Part shown: piece after piece, positions 1 to 13,795 of the stretch
How the letters are laid out: every line of letters starts with the position of its first letter
How positions within the stretch are numbered: the stretch's first letter is position 1
Source of the DNA: Candidatus Multivoradales bacterium
GTDB lineage: Bacteria > Acidobacteriota > Thermoanaerobaculia > Multivoradales > J023
NCBI GenBank assembly: GCA_965248925.1
Contig: CBDFLE010000005.1
Span: 1,408,001-1,472,000 of the forward strand
Direction: 5' to 3'
Length of the DNA stretch: 64,000 bases
Position numbers and translations under genes: made by a program
The notes under the pieces: model-generated
The model's input: the letters and a program-made list of their open reading frames with translations, nothing else
Told to the model about the DNA's origin: nothing
Database searches by the model: none

Positions 1-1491
1 ACCGGAGTGGCAACCCATGCAGCTGCTGGTGTTGACTTGAGCCCCGCTCTGCCATTCGGTGAAGTAAGTCTCGATCACCGCGTTGCGTGAAAAGGCCGGC
101 GTGACCGTAGCCGGATAGGGACCGTCAGAGAGCTTCGGCCACTGGGTGGTGACCAGGAAGTAGTGATCGAAAACGCCTTTCTCGAGCTGGCTGTAAATCG
201 CGTTGCAAGCCTGGGTCAAGGGCGGCGGCGGATCGATCCGAGTCACCTGATCCGGGATCGGACTTGCCGGGACCGTTCCCCCGACATAGCGGTAGAGATT
301 CTCACAGCATTGATAGGCGCCGTCTGGATTCGGCGTCGTGACCGCGGCGCAGGTCGCGGCGTCGACCACCGGTGTACAACTGGTGTTGAAAAACGAGTAG
401 CTGCCCGAACTGCCGTCGCTACCCACCGGCGGCACGTTGTGCCGATGCTCGAAAGTTGCCCAGGCCCAAGAGTTCTTGCGCCCATCGTTGTCCGACGATA
501 TGGCATGAGAAACCTTGCGCGCGATGTGCAAGCCAACCAGGCCCATGGGTTGGACCGAGCAGCTGCCGGTTGCCGGGTCTTGCACTTGCAGCTGCTGATA
601 GAAAAAGGTGCCGGAGCCCACTTCTTCACTGCTCAACACTTTCCATGCCGCCTTGACTTCCGTGGATTCGAGGGGAAAGGTAAAAGGCGTGCAAGTTTCT
701 GTTGCGTACTCGCCAGTGCAGTTGAGTTCTGCTGGCGACTTGTTCTGCGCTCCAGCAGCGATGATCGCCTGGTACTCGGTGTCGTCGATACGAATCTCGT
801 AATAGACCGGCAGCAGTGGATCTTCTCCTTGCGGGTAGAGCGGCCCGCGAAAGGCCTGGTCGATGCTCTTCAAAGAGCCATCTTCCGCCGCTCCACCCAG
901 CATTGCCGCGGCCACCGCCACTCGTGCACCGTGGGCTAACTTTGAGGTCATCGACAGTACCCGTGGCCCAGCCGGGTCACAGCCACTGGGCACCGCCCTA
1001 GCCCGCGAATAGTCGGCGGCGGTCAGCGAACTGCCGTCATCGGCGAAGAGGTCGGCGGCGTCCTTGTATAGCTCCCACACAATGGGCAAGAACACTCCGT
1101 TCTCCTGCACGCCGATCGCCTTGCTGGTATCCGGCTGGCCGTTGATTAGCGCCGGCCAGCTGGTATTGAAGAACGAACGCCAGGAGAGCTGATCGAAACT
1201 CGATTGACTCGGCGTCCAGCCGGCGGATGCCTGCGGCGTGCAAACATCCGGCCAGTAAACCGGAGTGACCGGCGGATTGCCGCCATCCGCCATGGCGCAG
1301 TCATCTGACTGAAAACCCGCCGCCCACGTTTCGCTGGTCTCGCAAGATTCCGGCCCTCCCCCACCGCCAAGAGTATCTCCCGGCGCGGGATCTGTGGCCG
1401 ACTCATCCGAGCAGCCCCCCACACCGAGTAGTGTGATAGTGAGAATCAGCCTCGGGACAGGGAAACACCTTGCGGATTCGCGACAGCTCAT
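1..1491 (-). CDS. Putative lipoprotein with C-terminal CxxCH heme c motif (3' end runs off the window)
   Basis: Hand translation; not in the ORF track because no stop lies in the window. ATG 1491 after GAGGAGAG; MSCRESARCFPVPRLILTITLLGVGGC (lipobox-like VGGC); open frame to base 1 with FDQLSWRSF, EVKAAW, LVGLHI, WAWATFEH, YFLVTTQW, NAVIETYF and SSCMGCH (7-21). Confidence 0.85.
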   Translation of the reverse strand, partial: MSCRESARCFPVPRLILTITLLGVGGCSDESATDPAPGDTLGGGGGPESCETSETWAAGFQSDDCAMADGGNPPVTPVYWPDVCTPQASAGWTPSQSSFDQLSWRSFFNTSWPALINGQPDTSKAIGVQENGVFLPIVWELYKDAADLFADDGSSLTAADYSRARAVPSGCDPAGPRVLSMTSKLAHGARVAVAAAMLGGAAEDGSLKSIDQAFRGPLYPQGEDPLLPVYYEIRIDDTEYQAIIAAGAQNKSPAELNCTGEYATETCTPFTFPLESTEVKAAWKVLSSEEVGSGTFFYQQLQVQDPATGSCSVQPMGLVGLHIARKVSHAISSDNDGRKNSWAWATFEHRHNVPPVGSDGSSGSYSFFNTSCTPVVDAATCAAVTTPNPDGAYQCCENLYRYVGGTVPASPIPDQVTRIDPPPPLTQACNAIYSQLEKGVFDHYFLVTTQWPKLSDGPYPATVTPAFSRNAVIETYFTEWQSGAQVNTSSCMGCHSG

Positions 1492-1661
1492 CGGGCTCTC
1501 CTCGATTTTGCGCAACCGAAACCAAAGTTGCCCTAGAAGTCAATCTTCTGGCAGCAGCTAAAGTCGGAGCGAATGGTTTTTCTGGCTGGCCGAAAGTGTA
1601 CCAGAACCACTCAGGCTGCCAGCGGTAAACAGTGGCTGCGCAGAGCGAGCAGATCCCACAA

Positions 1662-1695
1662 CGAGAAAAGCCGGCTCGAAAGCCGGCTTTTCTCG
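1662..1695. terminator. Rho-independent terminator (likely bidirectional)
   Basis: Perfect 15-bp stem CGAGAAAAGCCGGCT-cgaa-AGCCGGCTTTTCTCG just downstream of the minus-strand DUF4332 gene. Confidence 0.85.
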
Positions 1696-1715
1696 CCAAA
1701 CTCAAGGCCCGGGAA

Positions 1716-2123
1716 TCAGTGAGTGATCACCGGCGTCAGCGACTTCGCCTGGGTCACCCAATCGACCACTTGGGCCACCGCCGGGACCGAACGGGTTAGC
1801 TTCTTCTCGGTATTGACCTCACGCATCTTGGCCGCCAGGTTCTCGGCGTTGCGATTGCGCAGTTCCTTGACCGTGTCGACTCCAGCGGCTTCTAGAAGCT
1901 CGCTGAACTGCGGCCCGATGCCGGTGATCCGCATCAGATCTGCCAAGTTGGCCCACTTCAAGAGGTGGCTCTCGGACAGGCCGGTCATCACCGCCGCCGA
2001 CTTGCGACCCTGGCGATCGCAGCAGTCTTTAAGCAAGGCGTCGGTGGTGCGGATGCCGGCGTCTTTGAGCTTGGCGCCGTAGGCCGGGCCAATACCCTCG
2101 ATCTCTTCAATGCTATAACCCAT
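1716..2123 (-). CDS. DUF4332 / helix-hairpin-helix domain protein
   Basis: IEEIEGIGPAYGAKL, LKWANLADLMRITGIGPQFSELLEAAGVDTVKEL. Confidence 0.85.
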   Translation of the reverse strand: MGYSIEEIEGIGPAYGAKLKDAGIRTTDALLKDCCDRQGRKSAAVMTGLSESHLLKWANLADLMRITGIGPQFSELLEAAGVDTVKELRNRNAENLAAKMREVNTEKKLTRSVPAVAQVVDWVTQAKSLTPVITH

Positions 2124-2200
2124 GTCAATTAACTCCTCTGTCGATTACCCGTACTTCAAGTCGCCGATTTTCTATTTGCTGGTCAAAGGCCAGTCGCGGC

Positions 2201-2707
2201 TCACCCAGCCTCGGCAGCCGTCGGCGGAATGCGCAGTACCTGACCCGGATAGATCTTGTCTGGATCGCTGAGCATCGGCTTGTTGGCCTCGAAGATCATC
2301 GGGTACTTCATCGCATTGCCGTAGTGCTTCTTGGCAATCTTCGACAGCGAGTCGCCACTGACCACGGTGTGGTACACAGCCTCGGGTTCCGGCGTCTCGA
2401 CCACCATCTGGTCGTCGACCCGGGCCAAGCCAGCGGTGTTACCAATCACCAGGACAACCTTCTCGCGAACTTCCTGGCTGGGGGCGGTGCCGGTCACCGT
2501 GGCATCGTCGCCGCTGATGACGATGGCCAGATCTTCGACACTGAAGCCAAGTTTCTCGACCTGCGCTACCAAAGCAGCGCCACGGTGGCGGTCACGGATA
2601 CGGTTGAGTTCTGCGGCAGAAACGGTCGGCGCCTGGGCCTTGACTTTCTCTTCTTCGCGGCCAAACAATTTGGCGCCTGCGCCTTTGACGAAATCGATGA
2701 AACCCAT
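2201..2707 (-). CDS. kbp: BON-LysM domain protein (Kbp/YgaU-like)
   Basis: N-terminal MGFIDFVKGAGAKLFG, BON domain, LysM HTVVSGDSLSKIAKKHYG...DPDKIYPGQVLRIP. Confidence 0.85.
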   Translation of the reverse strand: MGFIDFVKGAGAKLFGREEEKVKAQAPTVSAAELNRIRDRHRGAALVAQVEKLGFSVEDLAIVISGDDATVTGTAPSQEVREKVVLVIGNTAGLARVDDQMVVETPEPEAVYHTVVSGDSLSKIAKKHYGNAMKYPMIFEANKPMLSDPDKIYPGQVLRIPPTAAEAG

Positions 2708-2806
2708 AATTACGGTCTCCTTCTGGATGCGGACGGCACGATGGCCGCTCGCGTGTTTGCGGGAATGGTGTCTGCGAAAGTAGATCTGTTCTTGACTTGT
2801 CCGACT

Positions 2807-3412
2807 CTAACGGCGGCTCAGGAAACTGCCCAGCAGATTCTTGCCAAGCTTGGCAAGGTCATCGCCGACCTTGCCGTCGCCATCCGCATCGAGCAGTTTG
2901 CCGAGCATGCCCATGGCGGCGGGTTCGCGGCGCTCGGCGCGGGCGCTCTCCTGACCCAGCATCTGGGCCAATGAACCGGCGTTCATCCCACCTTTGCGTT
3001 GCTGCTTGCCCAGCGCACCCATCACCAACGGCGCCAGCATGGTCAGCAGCTTGCCGGTGGATCCGGCGTCCAGGCCGCTCATCTGGCCCAGGCCGCGCTC
3101 GACGTTGCCACGAGAACCGCCCAAGACATGGCGCAAGATACCGTCACCCATGCTCGAAGCCTGGTTGCCGCCCTTGCCAAGGAAACCGGCAACGTTGTCC
3201 AAAATGCTGCCATCGTGGTCGCGGCTCAGGGCGCCAGCCAGAGCTTCGGCGCCACCGGTGGAGTTGGCATTTTTCGCCAGAGCACTGACCAACATCGGCA
3301 AAGCGCCGGAAATCGCTTTGGCGGTGGCACCTTCGTCGGCACCGAGATGCTTACTGAGAGTCCGCACGGTGTCACCACCGGCGACCTCACTGAGAATGTC
3401 GAGAATGGACAT
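2807..3412 (-). CDS. DUF937 domain protein
   Basis: GALSRDHDGSILD, GDGILRHVLG, LLDADGDGKVGDD. Confidence 0.8.
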   Translation of the reverse strand: MSILDILSEVAGGDTVRTLSKHLGADEGATAKAISGALPMLVSALAKNANSTGGAEALAGALSRDHDGSILDNVAGFLGKGGNQASSMGDGILRHVLGGSRGNVERGLGQMSGLDAGSTGKLLTMLAPLVMGALGKQQRKGGMNAGSLAQMLGQESARAERREPAAMGMLGKLLDADGDGKVGDDLAKLGKNLLGSFLSRR

Positions 3413-4049
3413 TTGAATCCCCTTTAAAGTCGTTTGAATCCTGTCAAGAGCGTTACCGCCGCGGCGATCCTACTCCAACACTTGCACTGTACTTGCACTG
3501 TCTTGAGAACTGCTTGTCATCAGGACGCAGTCCAGAAAGCGTCGTTGGGACAGCCTCTGGAGCGAGCCGGCGAACCTCTCCAGGAAGAGGCCGGGCAGCG
3601 CAACGACCGCGGGTCCATGGACCTTCGCCGCTGCAATATCGACCCGGCGCAAGAATCCTTGCCGGGCGTTAAACAAAAGATTGAAAGCTCGGTTGCACGG
3701 TAAAAACTTACAGCAAATGACGTGCCAGATCCAGTAAGTAGTAGGTGCCTTTTGCAAATTCAGAGCTAAATAGCTGATTTTATGGGGTTTTCCCAATTTC
3801 CGGGCAGATACTTGGAGGTCCGACACCTGTGGCGCGGGGGAAAGACCAGGGATAAATTCACCCCCTGGGAAGAATTCCCGGCTGACCAGCAGCCATTCCG
3901 GGGTTGATCAGCCTGCTGGCCAAGGTCATAATTCGCTCTGCGGCACGCTCGCTGTCGGCCTCTGCTCAGTCGCCTCTACCGCCCCTTATGTCTGACCCGG
4001 CAATTCCCGCATCGAGGAGCACACCATCCACCTCCATCCTCTGAGTTCA

Positions 4050-7718
<3,669 letters not shown>

Positions 7719-7899
7719 CGACGGCGGTCGGGGTGCGAGGGCTATGGACTGCCCAGCCGGTTGAGAAAATCGAGCCCGCAAGCAAGAAGACTCTATCGAG
7801 TCTGGCAACGCTTTCCGTTTTCTCCCTGTGAGGGCCACAACTGTCTCCCGTGCCATTCGCCCTGGACGATGTCGGCCGAGTCACACAAAGGAGGAAGAG

Positions 7900-8454
7900 A
7901 TGTCAGATCTGGATCGCAGAAACTTCGTCGGGTTGCTGGGAATCGGTAGCCTGGGCTCGCTGGTGGCCAGCACCGCCGGCGCCCAGGGCGCGGCCGCCAA
8001 GGCTAGCAACGGCCTCAAGACGGGCCGGGACGATCCACCAGAACTCGCCCAGTTGCAGCAGAAGATCGAGCCTTACCTGCAGGGTATGGCCGAGCAGATC
8101 ATAGATCTCACCGGCGGCCGCGACAATCTGAAGCAGGATCTGGAAGCACTACTCGCAGATCCAGACCGAGATCCGGTCGATTGGTCGAGCCTGGTGCATT
8201 TCCTCAGCGGTGCCGTCTTCGGTGCGCTGTGCTTCAGCTTCAAGTGGACACTGATTCTGCTGATCCTCTGGGAAGTGATCGAGCCCTGGATCTGGGAAGG
8301 CTGGAACGAAAGCCCCATCAACATCGTCATGGACGTGATCATCGGCATGTTGGGCTGGATGGTGGCGTCGATCATCAAGGAAATCGTGCAAGCGATCCTG
8401 GCTGAGAATGGCGAGTTGCCCGCGGATCTTGTTGCGACCGGGGGCAAGGCTTGA
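7900..8454 (+). CDS. Tat-signal membrane protein with H/E/D-rich transmembrane domain
   Basis: ATG 7900 after AAGGAGG; MSDLDRRNFVGLLG twin-arginine signal; hydrophobic C-terminal half with SLVHF, LWEVIE, NESPIN..MD. Confidence 0.7.
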   Translation: MSDLDRRNFVGLLGIGSLGSLVASTAGAQGAAAKASNGLKTGRDDPPELAQLQQKIEPYLQGMAEQIIDLTGGRDNLKQDLEALLADPDRDPVDWSSLVHFLSGAVFGALCFSFKWTLILLILWEVIEPWIWEGWNESPINIVMDVIIGMLGWMVASIIKEIVQAILAENGELPADLVATGGKA

Positions 8455-8456
8455 GC

Positions 8457-8491
8457 TTGTTGGCCCACCCGCTGGAGGGGTGGGCCAACAA
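8457..8491. terminator. Stem-loop downstream of the Tat protein gene
   Basis: 14-bp perfect stem TTGTTGGCCCACCC / GGGTGGGCCAACAA directly after the stop codon; no clear U tract. Confidence 0.55.
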
Positions 8492-8600
8492 CTCCCGCCA
8501 CCCCACACTCGAATGAGGATTTAGTAATCTAGCGACAACCAGACACCCTGCGCGGCGTAGTTTTGGTACCCTTCTTGCCAGCCCTTGATAGGAGCAGGCA

Positions 8601-9593
8601 TTGTCGAGCGAACCAACGTCTTCACCGCCACCACCGCTACAGACCTTCACCGCGCAGGAAACCGCGGCGATCTGTGATGCCGGCCTGCTGCGCGAATGCC
8701 AAGCGGGAGAGCAGCTGTTCGAGCGCGGCGAGCATGGTGACAGCATGTTCGTGATCGACCACGGTGAGGTCGAACTCACTTTCGTCGAGGCCGCTCCAGG
8801 CAAGGTGTTGCACGAAGGCGAGATCTTCGGCGAACTAGCCTTCATCACTGGCCAGCATCAACGCACCGCTACTGCCCGCACCCTGACCCCCTGCCACCTG
8901 TGGGTGGTCGACCAACAGGCCGTCGAGCGCCTGTTCGAGGAGCAGCCGCGGTTGCTGGTCAACCTGCTGCGCCGCACTTGCGGCTACCTGCTGACCTCCG
9001 AGGCGCGGCTGATCGACAGCTTGCGACGCCGCAATCGCGAGTTGCAGCAGACTCTCGACTTCCTCCGCCGGACCAAGGAGGAAGTCGACACCCAGGAGTT
9101 GTTAGCCAATACCGACCCACTCACCGGGCTCTACAACCGACGCTGCCTCGACCACCAGCTGAGCCGCTTCGTCGCCCGCGCCGAGGCGGCTGGCCACGGC
9201 CTCGCTCTCTTACTGCTGGACCTCGATGGTTTCAAACCGGTCAACGACACCCACGGCCATCCGGCCGGCGATCTGGTGCTTCAGCGGGTCGGCGAAGTGA
9301 TCAAGACCTGCGTCCGCAACAGCGATTTGCCTTGCCGCTATGGCGGCGACGAATTCGCCATCGTGCTGCCCGAGGTCCACGGCCACCAATCGCGGGACCG
9401 TGCCGAGCAACTGCGGGCCGCCATTGCCGCCATAGCGCCAGCGGTGGCTGGCTCGGAACTCCAGGTCACCGCCAGCGTCGGCGGCACCTTACTGCGCCGT
9501 GATGAGACTCCAGAGCAGCTCCTAGCCCGCGCCGACGAGTTGCTCTACCGGGCCAAGAAGGCGGGCCGCAATCGGGTCGAGTGGTTGGACTGA
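8601..9593 (+). CDS. Diguanylate cyclase with N-terminal cNMP-binding domain
   Basis: cNMP domain (LFERGEHGDSMF, GEIFGELA, RTATAR); DPLTGLYNRR; intact GGDEF preceded by RNSD I-site. Confidence 0.92.
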   Translation: MSSEPTSSPPPPLQTFTAQETAAICDAGLLRECQAGEQLFERGEHGDSMFVIDHGEVELTFVEAAPGKVLHEGEIFGELAFITGQHQRTATARTLTPCHLWVVDQQAVERLFEEQPRLLVNLLRRTCGYLLTSEARLIDSLRRRNRELQQTLDFLRRTKEEVDTQELLANTDPLTGLYNRRCLDHQLSRFVARAEAAGHGLALLLLDLDGFKPVNDTHGHPAGDLVLQRVGEVIKTCVRNSDLPCRYGGDEFAIVLPEVHGHQSRDRAEQLRAAIAAIAPAVAGSELQVTASVGGTLLRRDETPEQLLARADELLYRAKKAGRNRVEWLD

Positions 9594-9622
9594 GCCAGAC
9601 GCCGCTACCAGCTACCTGCGAA

Positions 9623-10039
9623 TCAGAACTTGAACAGCGCGTCGAAGGCGGAGCGGGCTTCCGAGGGGGACATGTTGTCACGGCCGAACTCCTGCGCCCG
9701 CTTGGCTTTGAAAGCCTGGCATTCATTGGGCTTGGCCTTCGAAGCAACGTAGGGAATCGCTGACTCGCGGCACTCTCCAGGTGCCGACGGATCAAAAGAC
9801 GAGCAGTGGGTGCAGGTGTGAAGAGCAGCTTCGCAGGCGTGGCAAACAGCGTCCGGAGCCACTTTTTCGACGCTCTGCCGGGCGCCGCAGACAGCGCAGC
9901 GCAGAACGGAAACAGTTGGCTTGCCGAGCCCCCGTCCGCGTGGGCCGGTGGGCGCGTCCCGCCGACGGGGTGGACGATTTTGGCTGCGCTCCTCGCGCTG
10001 CCCCTCTTGGTAGCCTTGCTGGCCATATTTTCGTGCCAT
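9623..10039 (-). CDS. Hypothetical protein with several CxxC motifs (putative Zn finger)
   Basis: MARKYGQQGY start; CAVC, CHAC, CTHC; ends ARSAFDALFKF. Confidence 0.7.
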   Translation of the reverse strand: MARKYGQQGYQEGQREERSQNRPPRRRDAPTGPRGRGLGKPTVSVLRCAVCGARQSVEKVAPDAVCHACEAALHTCTHCSSFDPSAPGECRESAIPYVASKAKPNECQAFKAKRAQEFGRDNMSPSEARSAFDALFKF

Positions 10040-10114
10040 GACTCTTTTTATACCACGCCAGGTGGCTGTGCAAACCTGCGGGTGGCAGAGCAAACCTGCT
10101 AGCATCGCCAGCCG

Positions 10115-10948
10115 ATGGATCATCTAGTAGCAGAGTTGAAGCATGCCGTGCGGGCTTGGGACGAACGTGGCTGGCCACGGCCGCAAGTGATGCTGGTCGC
10201 CGGCTCGGGCCTGGGAAGCGAATTGGGAGATCCGATCGAGCCGCCTTGCCCGTGGTCGGAATTGCTGCCCTTTAGCGCCCGTGGCATCGAAGGGCACTCC
10301 CTGCAAGTCGAGCTGCTGCGCCCTGAAGGTGGACCGATAGTGCTCTACTCCCGAGGTCGTTTGCACGCCTATCAAGGATTCACACCGGCACAGGTGGTGT
10401 TTCCAGTGCGTTTGGCGGCTCTTCTCGGGGTGCAGGTCTTGCTGCTGACCAACTCAGCCGGCGGCCTGCGCAGCACTCAGCGTGCCGGCGATTTAGTGGT
10501 GCTGCGTGATCACCTCAACCTCACTGGCATGAACCCGCTTTGGGGCCGCTTCCCAGCCGCCTGGGGAACGCAATTCCCAGATATGAGTTCGGCCTACGAT
10601 CCACAGCTCCACTGTCTCATCTTGGCCACCGGCCAGAAACTCGGAGTGGCGCTCAGCGAAGGTATCTATGCCGGCGTCGGCGGTCCCAGCTACGAGACTC
10701 CCGCCGAAGTGCGGATGATCGGTCAAATGGGCGCTGATGTGGTCGGCATGTCGACGGTGCTGGAAGTCATCGCCGCCCACCACATGGGGGTGCGCTGTGC
10801 CGGCCTGTCATTCATCAGCAATTCTGCCGCCGGGGTCACCGACGAAGTGCTCGACCACGAAGATGTCTTGGAACGCGGCAAGCAGGCCGCCGGCAAGGTG
10901 CGCAAGCTACTCGCCGGAGTAGTCTCCCACCCCGACTTGCTGAGCTAA
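10115..10948 (+). CDS. punA: Purine-nucleoside phosphorylase (trimeric family)
   Basis: GSGLG, GRLHAYQG, GPSYETPAEV, GADVVGMSTV. Confidence 0.92.
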   Translation: MDHLVAELKHAVRAWDERGWPRPQVMLVAGSGLGSELGDPIEPPCPWSELLPFSARGIEGHSLQVELLRPEGGPIVLYSRGRLHAYQGFTPAQVVFPVRLAALLGVQVLLLTNSAGGLRSTQRAGDLVVLRDHLNLTGMNPLWGRFPAAWGTQFPDMSSAYDPQLHCLILATGQKLGVALSEGIYAGVGGPSYETPAEVRMIGQMGADVVGMSTVLEVIAAHHMGVRCAGLSFISNSAAGVTDEVLDHEDVLERGKQAAGKVRKLLAGVVSHPDLLS

Positions 10949-11932
10949 TTATCCCGCCGCCGCCAGGGCCTCGTTGAGCGCCGGGATGATCTCGTGCAGA
11001 TCGCCCACTAGGCCATAGTGAGAAACGGTGAAGATCGGTGCGGAGGCATCCTTGTTGATCGCCACCACACAGCCCGAGGCCTTCATACCCACCAGGTGCT
11101 GGATGGCGCCGCTAATACCCACCGCCAGGTAGAGTTTCGGCGCCACGGTCTGGCCGCTGGAGCCGATCTGCCGGTCGCGGGGCAGCCATCCATTGTCGAT
11201 CACCGGCCGGCTAGCACCGAGGTCAGCCCCCAGATGCGCGGCGAGCTTTTCGAGCGGCTCCAGCTTCTCAGGACCGCCCACTCCACGACCCACGGCGACG
11301 ATAATCTCGGCCTTGCTCAGGTCGATCTGGTCGCCGCTCACCTGCTCGACGCCAAGAATCTCGCGATCGACCGCTGCTGCTCCCGCGGCGGGCAAGAGAC
11401 TGACCGACGACGAACCCGCGACCACCTTGTCGGCCGGGAAGGCACCCGACTGCACCGACAGCAGCACCGTGCCCGCGCCTTTGACTCGCACCTTGGCTTG
11501 CAATTTGCCCCCCATAACCGGCCGTCGCCACACCATGCCTTCGGCGCTGGACTCGAAGTCGGTCACCTCCGGCACCAACGCCGCCGCCAACTCTTGAGCC
11601 AAGCGCGGCACGTAGTCGACCGACTGATAGCTGTGGGGAAAGACCACATAGGCCGGCTGCGCGGCGGCGATGGCCGGCCGCAGAGCACCGATGTAGGCAC
11701 CCGGAGTGTAGACGGCGAAATCACTACCTTCGACGGTGTAGACCGCCGCCAGATCGAGGCCGGCCAGGTCGGCGGCAGCGGCGGCGACATCGCCGCCGAG
11801 TACCACCGCAGAAGCGCGACCTGCCACCGCGGCGGCTAGCCTTTGACCGGCGCTGATCGCTTCGCGAGCATTGCGCGGCAGCTGCCCTTGCCGCGGTTGG
11901 AGAACCACCCACACATCTTGGTTTTGCATCAC
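10949..11932 (-). CDS. etfA: Electron transfer flavoprotein alpha subunit
   Basis: [29 protein letters not shown]. Confidence 0.95.
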   Translation of the reverse strand: MMQNQDVWVVLQPRQGQLPRNAREAISAGQRLAAAVAGRASAVVLGGDVAAAAADLAGLDLAAVYTVEGSDFAVYTPGAYIGALRPAIAAAQPAYVVFPHSYQSVDYVPRLAQELAAALVPEVTDFESSAEGMVWRRPVMGGKLQAKVRVKGAGTVLLSVQSGAFPADKVVAGSSSVSLLPAAGAAAVDREILGVEQVSGDQIDLSKAEIIVAVGRGVGGPEKLEPLEKLAAHLGADLGASRPVIDNGWLPRDRQIGSSGQTVAPKLYLAVGISGAIQHLVGMKASGCVVAINKDASAPIFTVSHYGLVGDLHEIIPALNEALAAAG

Positions 11933-12723
11933 AGCACCCTCGCTTCATTGCGCAGCTTCTCGACCAGAGTCTTGGCCATGGTGACGGCATCGCCATCGAG
12001 CATCTGCGCCCCCTCGGCACTGGATGGCAAGCTGACTTCGAGCACTTCGAGACGTGAACCGGCGGCGCCTATGGACTCGGCATCGAGCCCTAGATCTGCC
12101 GGTGTCGGCATGTCGACCGGCTTCTTCTTGGCTTTCATGATGCCTTTGAGCGAAGCATAACGCGGATGGTTGATACCGGCCTGCACCTCAAGCACCGCCG
12201 GCAGCTGCAAGCGGAAGACCTCGTTCATGCCACTCTCCATCTCTCGCGTCACCTTGGCGCTGGCGGCGCCTCGGTCGATTTCGACCCCCATCACCAACCA
12301 AGCGTGGGGCCACCCTAGGTGGCCAGCCACCACCGAGCCAGTGGCGCCGAAGCCAGCATCGTCAGATTGCGAGCCGGTTAACACTAAGTCGACCTCCTCG
12401 CGCGCCACCGCCGCCGCCAAGGCCCTGCCGGTGGCCAAGGCATCGCCACCTTGAAAGGCATCGTCGAGCAGATGCACGGCACGCGCGGCACCCAGCGCCA
12501 ATGCCTTGCGCAAGGCTTCTTTTACCCGCGCCGGACCGAGACTGAAGACGATCACCTCGCCGTCGCTGGCCTCGGCGAGGCGTAGCCCTTCTTCGAGGGC
12601 ATAACTGTCACTCTCATTGATGACGAAAGGAAGGTCGTCTTCATCGACCCAGCGACCGTCCTTGGATATCCTCAGGCGCGCCTCCGTATCGGGCACCTGC
12701 TTGATGCACACCGCAACTCGCAT
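11929..12723 (-). CDS. etfB: Electron transfer flavoprotein beta subunit
   Basis: VCIKQVPDT, PRYASLKGIMKAKKK; overlaps the etfA start. Confidence 0.95.
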   Translation of the reverse strand: MRVAVCIKQVPDTEARLRISKDGRWVDEDDLPFVINESDSYALEEGLRLAEASDGEVIVFSLGPARVKEALRKALALGAARAVHLLDDAFQGGDALATGRALAAAVAREEVDLVLTGSQSDDAGFGATGSVVAGHLGWPHAWLVMGVEIDRGAASAKVTREMESGMNEVFRLQLPAVLEVQAGINHPRYASLKGIMKAKKKPVDMPTPADLGLDAESIGAAGSRLEVLEVSLPSSAEGAQMLDGDAVTMAKTLVEKLRNEARVL

Positions 12724-13029
12724 GCTCGCTTCTCCTCACCAGCCCCCGAGCTGCCACTCGAAGCGGCCCGGCGGCGACATTGTGGATCTTGGCTCTAGGG
12801 GTTTAGAATTCCTGACGGGTCGGACCCGCACGGCTATGGCGCGGTTCCGATCCGCGGGCCGGACAGGATAATATCACGCTGCATCCACACCCGGACAGCG
12901 GCTCTCGACCCGCCGCCTCGGCCGCGCTCAGACCAAGACCATCTGCCATGAAGCAACTCGAGCCCCCACCGCCCGCCATGCCGCAAGCACTCGCGCCGGC
13001 GGCAGATAGAGTGGGGCTTTCAAGGAGCA

Positions 13030-13764
13030 TTGATGATTGCCCGGACCCTTCTGTTCCCGGCCCAGGTGCCAGCCGAGTCGGGACTCGACATTGTCGGCCT
13101 GTTTCTCGAATCAGGCCCGATGGCCAAGATCGTCTTCGCCATCCTGGCGTTCATGTCGGTGACCTCCTGGGCGATCATGTTCAGCAAGTACTTGCAGTAC
13201 CGGCGTGCCGCCGCGCATAGCGAGAAATTCCTCGAAGTCTTCCGCCGCTCGAAGCGCTTCAGCGAGGTCAACGCCGTCGCCAGCCAACTCGCCGGCACAC
13301 CGATGGTGGGCCTGTTTCAGGCCGGCTATGCTGAGGTTGACGCGCAGATCAAGGCTGCTCGGCCCAAGTCCGAGGAAACCACCTCGGGGCAATATCGGGT
13401 GAAATCTCTCGACGGTGTCGAACGCAGCCTGCGGCGGGGGATCGGCGTCGAAAGCGCGGTGCTGGCCAAAGGCACCGCTTTTCTGGCCACCACGGCCGGC
13501 GCGGCGCCATTCATCGGCCTTTTTGGCACCGTCTGGGGCATCATGGTGGCCTTCGTCAACATCGGTGCCACCGGCTCGACCTCGATCGCCGCCGTCGCCC
13601 CAGGTATCGCCGAAGCTCTGATCAACACCGCCGGCGGCCTGGCAGCGGCGATTCCAGCACTGATGGGTTACAACTATTTCGGCTACCGGCTGCGCCAGAT
13701 GCGCAGTCAAATGCAAGATTTTGTGCTCGAATTCATGAACCTCACCGAGCGCAACTTCACCTGA
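13030..13764 (+). CDS. tolQ: TolQ (MotA/TolQ/ExbB family)
   Basis: APFIGLFGTVWGIM, VAPGIAEALINTA; first gene of tol-pal operon. Confidence 0.92.
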   Translation: MMIARTLLFPAQVPAESGLDIVGLFLESGPMAKIVFAILAFMSVTSWAIMFSKYLQYRRAAAHSEKFLEVFRRSKRFSEVNAVASQLAGTPMVGLFQAGYAEVDAQIKAARPKSEETTSGQYRVKSLDGVERSLRRGIGVESAVLAKGTAFLATTAGAAPFIGLFGTVWGIMVAFVNIGATGSTSIAAVAPGIAEALINTAGGLAAAIPALMGYNYFGYRLRQMRSQMQDFVLEFMNLTERNFT

Positions 13765-13795
13765 GCCCTGAATCTCAAGCAAGGAGGCAAGAGCT

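Noticed and set aside
163-939. 258-aa plus-strand ORF
   Set aside because: Antisense shadow of the minus-strand CxxCH lipoprotein gene.
3826-4049. Cobalamin, SAM or c-di-AMP riboswitch upstream of metH or the LysM operon
   Set aside because: Only GGGGTGAAT on the minus strand resembles ydaO; the other conserved blocks, the B12 box and the SAM-I core were not found by eye.
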